Virus record (IMG/VR): IMGVR_UViG_3300033407_000041
Location: 1-43,125 of that record
Reading direction: 5' to 3' (one strand)
DNA length: 43,125 bases
Source of the DNA: a virus
Taxonomy: Duplodnaviria > Caudoviricetes
Part shown: positions 1 to 8,920 of the stretch, in pieces
Layout: each line of letters begins with the position of its first letter
How positions within the stretch are numbered: position 1 is the stretch's first letter
Notes under the pieces: model-generated
The model's database searches: none
What the model was told of the DNA's origin: nothing
What the model saw: the letters and a program-made list of their open reading frames with translations, nothing else
Translations under genes and position numbers: made by a program

Positions 1-127
1 TCACGCACGCTGCTAGCAAGAAACTCGCGCCGTGCGAGAAAGATCCCGCCTCGTGCGCGCCCCCGCGCGGCAGCGCGACCGCGGAAGGGAAGGGAAGGGA
101 AGGGAAGGAAGTACCGCTAGGTCAGAA
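1..127. repeat. Terminal direct repeat (identical to 42999-43125), probably assembly overlap of a circular contig
   Basis: tcacgcacgc...gtcagaa is identical at both ends; 127 bp is a common assembler k-mer; an ORF reads through the junction. Confidence 0.95.
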
Positions 128-329
128 CCGTGAGTTATCTACCGAGACCGTACCCGTACCGCAACCGTCTGATCTAGAAACGAAACCTGGTGAAGACCAC
201 ACGCCGCCGCCACCAGAAAACCGGAACGGAACGGTGACGGACGGAGATGGAATCGACAACCTCCAAACCCTCGACTACCACGCCCAGCTCCGACAACTCG
301 AACAACACGCCGAGGAGACCAACACGTGA
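3..329 (+). CDS. Replication initiator, C-terminal part (continuation of 42572)
   Basis: Frame stays open across the junction to TGA 327-329, which overlaps the GTG start at 326. Confidence 0.7.
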   Translation, partial: THAASKKLAPCEKDPASCAPPRGSATAEGKGREGKEVPLGQNRELSTETVPVPQPSDLETKPGEDHTPPPPENRNGTVTDGDGIDNLQTLDYHAQLRQLEQHAEETNT

Positions 330-931
330 CCAGCACCGACTGGGCCACCACCCGCGACCACGCCATCAAAGCGTTCAACGAAATCCCGCACGCCAACACC
401 GAACACGAGATCGTCCAGCACTTCACCGAGCGCCCCGAACTCGTGCAACGCCTCATCAACCAGATCGCCGACACCAAAGACACCACGAACATCCGGTCCT
501 GCTGGGCCGTCCTACGAAAACGCCTCCACGACCCCGGCCCAACCGAGAACCCGACCGTCACAAGCAGCAGCAACAGGGAAGCGCGCGTCCGCTCAGCCGA
601 GGCGTGGATCAGAAACGCAGGGAGCCACTACGACCAGGAGAACGAGGCGCTAAGCGAGCTCGGCTTCACGATCACGATCAACGTGAAAGGCAACGACGTC
701 GAACACGGTAACCCGTCAGGGAAGCTCTACGCATGGCGACACGACACCGCGCTCAGAGACCGCATGGCTGAGCTGTGGCGGCAGCACAGGCCTGCAGGTG
801 AACGCACCGAGCAGGACGCGACCGACCGAGCCGACCGCTGGAAACAACACCGGGCCGAAGCGCTCCAGCGAGCCAGGGCCAGGCGCGCCGCCCAAACAGC
901 CGAGGCCGAAGCCGAGAAGACGCCGGCATGA
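326..931 (+). CDS. Hypothetical protein, possibly replication-associated
   Basis: GTGA coupling to rep, SD gaggag; IRSCWAVLRKRL resembles C-terminal motifs of initiator proteins. Confidence 0.7.
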   Translation: MTSTDWATTRDHAIKAFNEIPHANTEHEIVQHFTERPELVQRLINQIADTKDTTNIRSCWAVLRKRLHDPGPTENPTVTSSSNREARVRSAEAWIRNAGSHYDQENEALSELGFTITINVKGNDVEHGNPSGKLYAWRHDTALRDRMAELWRQHRPAGERTEQDATDRADRWKQHRAEALQRARARRAAQTAEAEAEKTPA

Positions 932-1128
932 GCGAACCCGGACTCACACCCGACGCACTAACCGAGCTCATCGACACGCTCACCAAAGACATCGCCTACT
1001 GGGATCGCCTCGCCAGCGACCCGTACAAGACACCCGAACGAAAGATCTCATACCGAGCCCACGCAGACGGGCTCCGCTCCGCGCTCCTCCTAATCAGGTC
1101 GCTCACCGACACCGAGCCCCCCGCTTGA
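928..1128 (+). CDS. Hypothetical protein
   Basis: ATGA coupling upstream, TTGA coupling downstream. Confidence 0.65.
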   Translation: MSEPGLTPDALTELIDTLTKDIAYWDRLASDPYKTPERKISYRAHADGLRSALLLIRSLTDTEPPA

Positions 1129-1391
1129 CCATCATCAGAGACATCACCCCGCACCACGGCTCCTGCAAAGGCTGCTGGCGAACCGACCAACTACTAGCCC
1201 GTCGCACCACCAAAGCAGGCCGCGAATACGACATCTGCCAGGACTGCGCCAACGTTGACATCGACAACACCCTGTGGGGCAGCGGCTACACCATCCCGGT
1301 AGAGGAAACCTTCCAGGCGGTAGCGATGTTCCTCGGATACCTCAGCCCGCAGGAATGGCTTGCCGACGTCACCAGCCCAGACGAGAAATGA
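1125..1391 (+). CDS. Small Zn-finger protein
   Basis: TTG start overlapping the upstream stop; CKGC...CQDC. Confidence 0.6.
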   Translation: MTIIRDITPHHGSCKGCWRTDQLLARRTTKAGREYDICQDCANVDIDNTLWGSGYTIPVEETFQAVAMFLGYLSPQEWLADVTSPDEK

Positions 1392-1603
1392 CCAGCCTCC
1401 GTGACCTCGCCCCCGGCCAGCTCGCCACCATCGTCCAGCGAGTCTGCACGCCGCACGAGCTCGAAGCACTCCACCTCAAAGCGCAAGGGCTAGGCATCCG
1501 CAGCATCAGCCGGTCCCTCGGGATCAGCCGCAGCGCCACCAAAGACCGGCTCAGCAACGCCCACCGCAAAATACAACAAGCACTCAACGAGGAGGCCACT
1601 TGA
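1388..1603 (+). CDS. Sigma70 region-4 / LuxR-like HTH regulator (possible late activator)
   Basis: TPHELEALHLKAQGLGIRSISRSLGISRSATKDRLSNAHRKI is a typical HTH; lies upstream of the packaging genes. Confidence 0.75.
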   Translation: MTSLRDLAPGQLATIVQRVCTPHELEALHLKAQGLGIRSISRSLGISRSATKDRLSNAHRKIQQALNEEAT

Positions 1604-1890
1604 CCCAGACGCCTCACCTCCAAGACGCCAGGCCCGACATGCCCGAGCTAGGACGCCACCTCCTCCAGCACTACCAGCGACGAGCACTGCACGAGCGGCA
1701 GCAAGCCATCCTCGACCAACACACCCCCGCCACACCCGAGATCGTCACGCCAGCAGGAGACGCCCGCAAACTCAGAGGCATACCCGCGATCACGCAAGCC
1801 GGGCTACCAGGCACCCAGCCAGGTACAGCCCCAGGAGCCACATGCCACCGCTGCAACCAGCTACGCCACGGAGGTCGACCCTGCACATGA
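1600..1890 (+). CDS. Hypothetical protein with C-terminal CxxC-H-C motif
   Basis: SD ggagg, TTGA coupling; CHRC...H...C. Confidence 0.6.
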   Translation: MTQTPHLQDARPDMPELGRHLLQHYQRRALHERQQAILDQHTPATPEIVTPAGDARKLRGIPAITQAGLPGTQPGTAPGATCHRCNQLRHGGRPCT

Positions 1891-2177
1891 GCGAGCTCAT
1901 CATCACAACCCGCGTCAAACGCCTACTGATCGGCTGGTCCGTCGACGCCGACTACGCCTGGACAGGCTACGCATGTGGCAGAGACCGGCCGCCGCCGCCC
2001 GACAGACCCATAGCCAGCAGCCGTCCCGACCGCCTGTTCCGCTGGGCACCAACACTCCGCATCGCACGCTGGACAGCACGCGGCTTCAGCACGCGGCTTC
2101 GCCGCGAGGTCGAGCGACGCGCATGGCGGCGCATCCCCGACACCACCGTCAAGCACGAAGAGCGCCCCTGGTGGTGA
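1887..2177 (+). CDS. Hypothetical protein
   Basis: ATGA coupling at 1887. Confidence 0.5.
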   Translation: MSELIITTRVKRLLIGWSVDADYAWTGYACGRDRPPPPDRPIASSRPDRLFRWAPTLRIARWTARGFSTRLRREVERRAWRRIPDTTVKHEERPWW

Positions 2178-2276
2178 CCGACCCTGCTGATACGATCCCC
2201 GACGCACGCCCCAATCACCAGTCAAGCGGGACGTGCCGGCCTGGGTTTCACCACCCACCCGCCCCCCCTACCAGAA

Positions 2277-2492
2277 GTGCGCCTACAACACGAAACACGC
2301 CAGCGGATCCGCCGCGAAATAAGCGACCACGCACGCCGCAACCTCCCCAACAACCACAACCGGAACAGAGGCGCCCCCAGCCTCGCCCGACACTGCCTAG
2401 ACGCGGCCGGCGGAGACCCATACGCAGCACTCGACCTCGCGATCGACAACCTCGACATCATTGAGCGCTACCACCAGGAGCTAGCGGCATGA
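2277..2492 (+). CDS. Hypothetical protein
   Basis: Ends in an ATGA overlap with the HNH gene and contains its SD. Confidence 0.55.
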   Translation: MRLQHETRQRIRREISDHARRNLPNNHNRNRGAPSLARHCLDAAGGDPYAALDLAIDNLDIIERYHQELAA

Positions 2493-2944
2493 CCACCGGC
2501 ATCCTCCACATCTGCCCAGCCCCCGGCTGCACCACGCTCAGCCCCGAACAAGGCCGTTGCCCCGAACACCACACCCCAAACCGCGCGGGCAACCACGCCC
2601 GCACCGAACGGAAACGCCGGCACCGACGCGGAACCAAACACTGGCGCCAACTCCGAGCCCACGTCCTCGACCGCGACCACCACCAATGCCAACGCTGCGG
2701 CTGCGACGACCGCTCGATCCTCACAGTCCACCTCGACCCGCGCCTCGAAGGACAACACGACCAGGCCACCCCCGACGACTGCCTCACCCTATGCCGAAGC
2801 TGCCACGGCTCACACGACGCGCCACGAGCACACAAACCCCCCGACGTGCAGTGGCACGACGACGGCGAGCTCTGGGCAACCTACGGCCACGCCAAGGACG
2901 CGCGAGAACGACGAGCACGAGCGAGAGCAGCTCGCGCACGTTGA
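2489..2944 (+). CDS. Packaging-associated HNH endonuclease (HK97 gp74-like)
   Basis: CPAPGC N-terminus, W..LR..VL.RD...CQRC, VH..., LCRSCH; immediately upstream of the terminase. Confidence 0.85.
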   Translation: MTTGILHICPAPGCTTLSPEQGRCPEHHTPNRAGNHARTERKRRHRRGTKHWRQLRAHVLDRDHHQCQRCGCDDRSILTVHLDPRLEGQHDQATPDDCLTLCRSCHGSHDAPRAHKPPDVQWHDDGELWATYGHAKDARERRARARAARAR

Positions 2945-3071
2945 CGAACGTGGCAACACGTAAGGGGGGGAGGGTCGCCACGCACACCCCCCAGAGACCC
3001 CCACGTACTAGGGTTTTTTCCGTGCGTGCAAAACCCATGGTGTCTAGGTTGGCAACGCTGGCGGTGGTCTG
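2945..3071. other. Probable cos / packaging-initiation region
   Basis: Intergenic between HNH and terminase; GGGGGGGAGGGTC...AGACC...TTTTTT pattern typical of HK97-like cos regions; inverted repeats CACGCAC/GTGCGTG and GGGTTTT/AAAACCC; strand skew flips here. Confidence 0.6.
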
Positions 3072-4757
3072 ATGGCTGTAGTTGAGGCGCCGCGTCGTGG
3101 TGGGCGTCGTGCGAAGTCGCTTGAGGAGCATCTTCGGGATCAGACGTTTCAGCCGAGTCGGCATGCTCATCTTCTGGCTGCGGAGATGGGGGATGTGCCG
3201 TCGGTGTTGGAGGCGGTTGGTCCGACTCCGAGGCGGCGGTTGTTGGCTGGGGATGATCCGGGTGTGCGCTCGGATGGGCCGTGGTTCGCGGAGTTTTGCC
3301 GGGTGTTGTGTCGGCAGCAGATCGGTCGTTGGGCGGGGTTGCCGTTGGAGTTGTATCCGGAGCAGCAGGCGTTTTTCGATGATGCGTTGTCGTTTGATGA
3401 TGAGGGTGAGCGGCTGTACCGGATGTGTGTGGAGGGGGTGCCTAGGAAGGGCGGGAAGAGTACGGCGCTGTCGGCGTTGAGTTTGGCGACGACGTGTGAG
3501 AGCGAGGGGGAGGGTAAGCCCTTGTGTCTGTTGGCGGCGGGGTCGCGGGAGCAGGGGGCTCCGTTGTTTGATCAGGCCAGGGATTTCGTGAATGCTCACC
3601 CGAGCTTGTTGAGGGAGTTTGATCCGTTGAAGACGGCGATTGCGGCGCTTGCGACTGGTGGGAGTGTGCAGCGGGTGGCTGGTGACGGGAAGTTGAATCA
3701 TGGGTTGTCGCCGTACCGGGTTTTGGCGGATGAGTTGCATGCGTGGGTGACGCCGAAGCAGGTGGAGAACTGGGCGGCGTTGACTACTGCTGATGGTGCT
3801 CGTGATGACGCGCAGTTTTATGTGATTAGTACGGCGGGCTGGGATTTGGGGAGCGTACTTGGCCTGTTGTTTCAGCAGGCGTTCGAGAATCCGTTGAGGG
3901 AGATGCGGCCGGACATGGGGTCGGGCGGGTTTGTGGTGCGTGACCCGGCGAATGGGCTGTTGGTGCATTGGTACGCGGTGAGTGCTACGACGGGCCTGGA
4001 TGATGTCGAGGATTTCAAGCGGGCGAATCCGGCACCGTGGCGGACAGTGGAGCGGCTGGCGCGTGATCTTCAGAAGGTTGGGTTGGATGAGCCGACGAAG
4101 CGGCGGCTGTATGGGAATCAGTGGACGTCGGCTAGGGCGCAGTGGATCCCGTCGGAGTCGTGGGCGCACGCCGTTGATGAGTCGGTGGCGGACGGGCCGC
4201 CGTCGGGATCCCCGGTGTGTATCGGTGTCGACGTCGGGCTTGTGGGGGACACGACGGCGGTCGCGTGGGCGTGGCTGACGGAGGATGGTCGTGTCGCCAT
4301 CGACGCGAGGGTGTGGTCAGCGCGGGACAGCGTGGCGCATGACGTGTGGATGCCAGGCGGCCGGGTTGATCTCGAGCAGGTGGAGTTGTTCATCGTGGAG
4401 TTTGCGCGGCGGCATCGGGTTGTCGAGCTCGGCTATGACCCGAGGTTTTTCGAGCGGTCTGCGCAGCAGCTGTCGAAGGCGGGGTTGCGCGTGTATCCGA
4501 TCGATCAGGGTTCGAAGGTGGCGGACACGTATCAGGCGTTTTATGACGTGGTGGTGCGTGATCAGCGGCTCGCGCATTCGGGGAATCCGGTGTTGGCGGC
4601 GCACGTGGCGGCGGCGGCCGGCGTGAAAACTGAGCGCGGCTGGAAGGTCAGCAAGCTTCGGAGCTCGACCCCGATCGATGCGCTTGTGGCGTCGGCGATG
4701 GCGTCGTGGCGGATCAGTGAGGCGAGCGTGACGAGCGAGATGTGGGTGGCAGCGTGA
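3072..4757 (+). CDS. terL: Terminase large subunit (with TerS-like N-terminal peptide)
   Basis: Walker A VPRKGGKST, Walker B VLADELH, coupling ISTAG, nuclease IGVDVG..DTTA and IDALVA. Confidence 0.95.
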   Translation: MAVVEAPRRGGRRAKSLEEHLRDQTFQPSRHAHLLAAEMGDVPSVLEAVGPTPRRRLLAGDDPGVRSDGPWFAEFCRVLCRQQIGRWAGLPLELYPEQQAFFDDALSFDDEGERLYRMCVEGVPRKGGKSTALSALSLATTCESEGEGKPLCLLAAGSREQGAPLFDQARDFVNAHPSLLREFDPLKTAIAALATGGSVQRVAGDGKLNHGLSPYRVLADELHAWVTPKQVENWAALTTADGARDDAQFYVISTAGWDLGSVLGLLFQQAFENPLREMRPDMGSGGFVVRDPANGLLVHWYAVSATTGLDDVEDFKRANPAPWRTVERLARDLQKVGLDEPTKRRLYGNQWTSARAQWIPSESWAHAVDESVADGPPSGSPVCIGVDVGLVGDTTAVAWAWLTEDGRVAIDARVWSARDSVAHDVWMPGGRVDLEQVELFIVEFARRHRVVELGYDPRFFERSAQQLSKAGLRVYPIDQGSKVADTYQAFYDVVVRDQRLAHSGNPVLAAHVAAAAGVKTERGWKVSKLRSSTPIDALVASAMASWRISEASVTSEMWVAA

Positions 4758-4987
4758 TCGGGGTCGCGGCTCGGTGGCGGCTGCGCGGCAGGCACGGGAG
4801 CACGGTCAGGGTTCACCTGGCGAACGCTGAGCCGAGCGTGGAGGGGACGCTGCGGGGCGTCCACGGTGGGCACGTGGTGCTCGAGGACGCGATCCTGCTC
4901 GCGCCCGGTGGTGAGAAGGAGCCGCTTCGTGGGCTCGTTGAGATCCCGCTGTCGAGCGTGGCTTTCAGGCAGCGGTTCCAGTTCTGA
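4754..4987 (+). CDS. Sm/LSm-like (Hfq-fold) putative RNA-binding protein
   Basis: GTGA coupling; VRVHLAN..SVEGTLRGV..GHVVLEDA...GLVEIPLSSVAF follows the Sm1/Sm2 pattern. Confidence 0.65.
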   Translation: MIGVAARWRLRGRHGSTVRVHLANAEPSVEGTLRGVHGGHVVLEDAILLAPGGEKEPLRGLVEIPLSSVAFRQRFQF

Positions 4988-4988
4988 G

Positions 4989-6311
4989 ATGATTGTTGCG
5001 GGCGAGAACCGGGCTGACCTTGAGGTCAGGGCTGGCGGGCTGCTCCGCGACTGGCCGTGGACGCTCCCGGTCCCGGATTCGCTGCTCGGAGCGGGACTCG
5101 TGAGTCTCGAGCATGCGGTGGGGTTGCCGGCGTTGACGGCGTGTTTGTACAGGCTGGCGGAGGGTATTGGGCAGATGCCGCAGATCGTGTATCGAGGCGG
5201 CGCGAGGCGAGAGCAGCGGGAACGCGCGACCGACAGCGATCAGTGGCGGCTCCTGCATAAGCGGCCGAACGAGGACACGACCCCGAGCGTATTCAGGGGC
5301 GATATCGCGATGTCGGTCGCCGGGACCGGGAACGCGTACATCAGGAAATTCAAGAGCACGGTGGGTCGCGTGATGGATCTGGTGCCGTTGGACGCGACGA
5401 CGGTTGTGCCGCGCCGGATGGGCGGCCGCGTCGTGTTCGAGGATTCCTCGGAGGGGCAGACGGTCACGCGGACGAGCCGGGAGATCATTCACGTCAGGGG
5501 GATCGCGCTCGCCGGCGCGGTGGAGGGGATGAGCCGGATCACGGCGACGCGGCTGGCGCTCGCGAACGCGCTCCGCCGGATCCAGTTCGAAGACAGGTTT
5601 TATAAGAACGACGCTAGGCCGGGGATCGCGTTGACGATGCCTATGGGCGTCGATCAGGAGCAGGCGGAGCGGTGGCTCGACGTGTGGCGCGTGAAGCATG
5701 AGGGGCTCGATCGTGCGCACCGGCCGGCGGCGGTGCCGTTCGGGACGGACATCACTCCGATCCCCGTGTCGTTGGAGGACGCGCAGTTCGTCGAGAGCCA
5801 GCGGTTCAGTGTGCAGCAGACGGCGGGTTTGTTTGGGATCCCGAGCGCGATGGTGGCGCCGCGTGATGACGGGCCGGGTTTGACGGAGAGCGACCGCGTC
5901 CAGTTCGTGACGTTCGCGCTCGGACCCTTGTTTGTTGGGATCGATGAGGCGTTTAACGCCGACCGTGATCTGTTCCCGGACGATGACCCGGAGGAGCTGT
6001 TCGTCGAGTCGCTCGCGGACGCGTTGCTGCGGCCGGACACGGCGAGCCGCTACAGCGCGTACAAGGCCGCGAGGCAGGCCGGCTGGCTCACCGCGAACGA
6101 GATCCGCGCGCTCGAGAACTACCCGCCCCGCGACGAGGGAGACGAGCTGCAAAGCACCCCCGTCGGTGGTGCACCCAACGCCGACAGCTCGTCGGCCAGC
6201 ATGGTCATGGAGCAACTCGAGCTGCTGCTGGACGGGAACGGGCACGACGAGTCTGATCTTGAGCGCGCTAGAGCGTTGATCGCCGAGCACAGCCAGGAGG
6301 GGGAGAGATGA
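4989..6311 (+). CDS. HK97-family portal protein
   Basis: LLHKRPN, GNAY, EIIHVR, DAQFVESQRFS, GWLTANEIRALENYPP motifs. Confidence 0.95.
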   Translation: MIVAGENRADLEVRAGGLLRDWPWTLPVPDSLLGAGLVSLEHAVGLPALTACLYRLAEGIGQMPQIVYRGGARREQRERATDSDQWRLLHKRPNEDTTPSVFRGDIAMSVAGTGNAYIRKFKSTVGRVMDLVPLDATTVVPRRMGGRVVFEDSSEGQTVTRTSREIIHVRGIALAGAVEGMSRITATRLALANALRRIQFEDRFYKNDARPGIALTMPMGVDQEQAERWLDVWRVKHEGLDRAHRPAAVPFGTDITPIPVSLEDAQFVESQRFSVQQTAGLFGIPSAMVAPRDDGPGLTESDRVQFVTFALGPLFVGIDEAFNADRDLFPDDDPEELFVESLADALLRPDTASRYSAYKAARQAGWLTANEIRALENYPPRDEGDELQSTPVGGAPNADSSSASMVMEQLELLLDGNGHDESDLERARALIAEHSQEGER

Positions 6312-6985
6312 AGGTGAAACAGGCTGGCAGCGCGCCGGCCAATTCGGGCTGCGTCGAGTTCAAGACGTTCGAGCTCCGGCTGGACGAGTTGACGGAGGAG
6401 GGCGAGTTCGAGGGGTACGCGAGCACGTTCGGGAACTCGGACTCCTGGGGTGACGTGATCGAGAAGGGCGCGTTCAAGAAGACGATCCGCGAGCGCAGGG
6501 GCAGGGTGCCGATCCTGTGGCAGCACTCGCCGTCCGAGCCGATCGGCCGATCCATGGAGATGGAGGAGGACGACAAGGGTCTCCGCACGCGCGGCAAGCT
6601 GACGCTCGCGGTGCAGCAGGCCAGGGAGGCGCTCGAGCTGCTCCGCGACGAGGCGCTCGACGCGCTCTCGATCGGGTTCCAGGTCATGAAGGCCGACCCG
6701 GTGAAGGACGACAACGGACGCCCGGTCGGGCGATTGTTGCGGGAGATCCGGCTGTGGGAGTACTCGGTCGTGACGTTCCCCGCGAACCCGTTGGCGCGGG
6801 TGGGTGTCGTCAAGGCAGACAACCACGATCTTGCGGGGCTGCTCGAGCAGCTGAAGACATTCGACCCGGAGACCGTTAGGGCACTCCTCGGCCAGCAGGC
6901 CGCGGGAGCCGCCCGAGCAGAGTCGCAGCCGGCCCGTGGGGCCACTGCCGCGCGCGCGATCCGGGATTACATAGCGACCACGTAG
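6308..6985 (+). CDS. HK97-family prohead protease
   Basis: FEGYASTF, DVIEKGAF, LWQH, LSIGF, EYSVVTFPANP. Confidence 0.95.
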   Translation: MKVKQAGSAPANSGCVEFKTFELRLDELTEEGEFEGYASTFGNSDSWGDVIEKGAFKKTIRERRGRVPILWQHSPSEPIGRSMEMEEDDKGLRTRGKLTLAVQQAREALELLRDEALDALSIGFQVMKADPVKDDNGRPVGRLLREIRLWEYSVVTFPANPLARVGVVKADNHDLAGLLEQLKTFDPETVRALLGQQAAGAARAESQPARGATAARAIRDYIATT

Positions 6986-6998
6986 AAGGAGAGAGACG

Positions 6999-8393
6999 AT
7001 GCGACATCATCGTGTGGCGCCGCAACTCGCGGGCCACGACATTAGCGACCTCGTCCGGTTGGGGCTCGCCCACGTCAGGGACGGCACCATCGTGCCCGCC
7101 CTAGCGGGTGGCGACCACGACCCCGAAGACGAGACCGAGAACGAGGATCCGCCGACCCCGGAAGTGAAACTCACGCCGGAGGTGAAGGGGATCCTCGACA
7201 AGCTCAAGAGCGACTGGGAAACAGAGTTCAAGACGGCGAACGAGCTGATGCAGGCGGAGATCGCCAAGCACGGCGAGGCGACCCCGGAGACGAAGCAGCT
7301 CTTCGACAAGGTCAGTGACCGGCTCGACCAGCTCGAGTCCAGGTTCGAGAAAGCAAAGCTCGACCAGCGCGCCGAGTCGGCGGAGGAGGAGAACCACGAG
7401 CGGAAGGCGTACGGCGAGTGGCTCCGCAAGGGCAAGCTGGGCGAGGAGGAGTTCGCGCACGTGAAGCACTTGCATGTGACGTGGGACGAGGAGCCGCGCG
7501 CGATCGAGCGGAAGACGATGATCGTCAGCGACGACACGACCGGCGGGTTCCTCGCGCCGGACGACGTCGTTAACGAGATCATTAAGGGCGTCGTCGAGTT
7601 CAGTCCGATGCGGGAGCTGTGCCGCGTCCGCTCGACGAGCAACCGCACGGTGCGGTGGCCGAAGCGGACGCAGCTCGCTGCCGCGGTATGGGTCGGTGAG
7701 CAGGAGACGCGAGCCGAGACGCAGAACCCGAACGTCGGGCAGGAGGAGATCAGCACGGGCGAGCTGCACGCCGAGGCGCGCGTCAGCTTCCAGGACCTCG
7801 AGGACGCCGCCGTCGATCTCGAAGCGTTCGTGAATGAGGAGTTCAGCGAGCAGTTCGGCGTCACGGAGGCGACAGCGTTCGTCAACGGTGACGGCCTCAA
7901 GGGCAAGCCGGAGGGGTTCCTCCAGTTCACGGATGTGGAGGACGCGACGAACGGGATCGAGACGGTCGACACGGCAACGAACGATGTCCTTGCCGCGGAC
8001 GACCTGATCACCGTGTTCTACCTCCTCAAAGACGCGTACGCCAGAAACGCGACGTGGGTGATGAAGCGCTCAACTATCCGCGACATTCGCAAGATGGTGG
8101 ACGACAACAGCCAGTACTTGTGGATGCCGGGGCTGGCCGGGAATGTGCCTGCCACGATCCTCGATCGCCCGTACGTTGAGGCGACCGACATGCCGGCTGT
8201 CGCTGACGGCGCGAAGGTGATCGCGGTCGGTGATTGGCGGCGCGGCTACCTGATCGTCGATCGCGTCCAGATCAACACGCAGCGCGACCCGTACAGCGAT
8301 TACGCGAACGGAAACATCGCGCTCCGCGCAAGGAAGCGCGTCGGCGGTCAAACGATCCTGAGTGAGGCCCTCAAGGTCCTCACGATCCAGTAG
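6999..8393 (+). CDS. HK97-family major capsid protein with N-terminal delta (scaffold) domain
   Basis: SD aaggagag; coiled-coil N-terminus; GGFLAP, WVGE, AFVNGDG..KPEG, GDW, RVGG motifs. Confidence 0.95.
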   Translation: MRHHRVAPQLAGHDISDLVRLGLAHVRDGTIVPALAGGDHDPEDETENEDPPTPEVKLTPEVKGILDKLKSDWETEFKTANELMQAEIAKHGEATPETKQLFDKVSDRLDQLESRFEKAKLDQRAESAEEENHERKAYGEWLRKGKLGEEEFAHVKHLHVTWDEEPRAIERKTMIVSDDTTGGFLAPDDVVNEIIKGVVEFSPMRELCRVRSTSNRTVRWPKRTQLAAAVWVGEQETRAETQNPNVGQEEISTGELHAEARVSFQDLEDAAVDLEAFVNEEFSEQFGVTEATAFVNGDGLKGKPEGFLQFTDVEDATNGIETVDTATNDVLAADDLITVFYLLKDAYARNATWVMKRSTIRDIRKMVDDNSQYLWMPGLAGNVPATILDRPYVEATDMPAVADGAKVIAVGDWRRGYLIVDRVQINTQRDPYSDYANGNIALRARKRVGGQTILSEALKVLTIQ

Positions 8394-8407
8394 GAGGAGG
8401 TGAACTA

Positions 8408-8845
8408 ATGCGTGATCTATTCAACAGCCTCGATGTGGCGCAGGTGCTCGACCCAGTGAACGTCACCGCTGACAAGATCAGCGATCGCGGCGCCGACCTC
8501 AAGGGGTACGAGGGCGCGCTCGCCGTCGTCGCGGTCGGTGTGACCGGCGACACCCTCGACGGCAGCAACTTCATCTCGCTGGAGCTGGAGGAGAGCGAGG
8601 ACGACTCGACGTTCACTGACGTGGCGGTCGAGGACATGATCGGTGGTGTCCAGGGCTCGTCCGGGCAGTTCGCGTTGATCAACGCGGCCGCCGAGGACGA
8701 CACGGCTTACGCGGTCGGGTACATCGGCACGAAACGGTACATCCACGTTGTCGTGAACGTGACGGGGACGCACACGAACGGGACGCCGGTCGGCGCCGTC
8801 GTCGTGCGCGGCCACAAGCGGCACAAGGTCGGGCCGGCCGTCTAA
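8408..8845 (+). CDS. Capsid decoration / cement protein
   Basis: SD ggaggagg; directly follows the capsid gene; beta-rich with LEESEDDSTFTDV motif. Confidence 0.7.
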   Translation: MRDLFNSLDVAQVLDPVNVTADKISDRGADLKGYEGALAVVAVGVTGDTLDGSNFISLELEESEDDSTFTDVAVEDMIGGVQGSSGQFALINAAAEDDTAYAVGYIGTKRYIHVVVNVTGTHTNGTPVGAVVVRGHKRHKVGPAV

Positions 8846-8862
8846 CGGCTAGCCCGGTAGGA

Positions 8863-8903
8863 GACGACTAGGGGTCGGCCACGGTGCCGGCCCCTCGTTG
8901 TTT
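8863..8903 (+). terminator. Intrinsic terminator-like hairpin
   Basis: AGGGGTCGGC-cacggt-GCCGGCCCCT stem followed by cgttgttt, after the capsid and decoration genes. Confidence 0.65.
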
Positions 8904-8920
8904 CCAGGAAGGCGGAGTGA

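Noticed and set aside
83-110. (GGGAA)n tract as a microsatellite or G-quadruplex element
   Set aside because: Encodes the EGKGREGKE linker typical of phage initiators; no independent support
1-127. Terminal repeat as a biological direct terminal repeat
   Set aside because: 127 bp equals a common assembler k-mer, it falls mid-gene, and the packaging module points to cos ends near 3000
2784-8011. Long minus-strand ORFs opposite terL, portal and capsid (also opposite tail genes)
   Set aside because: Shadow ORFs expected in high-GC DNA; no motifs, no RBS, fully antisense to well-supported genes
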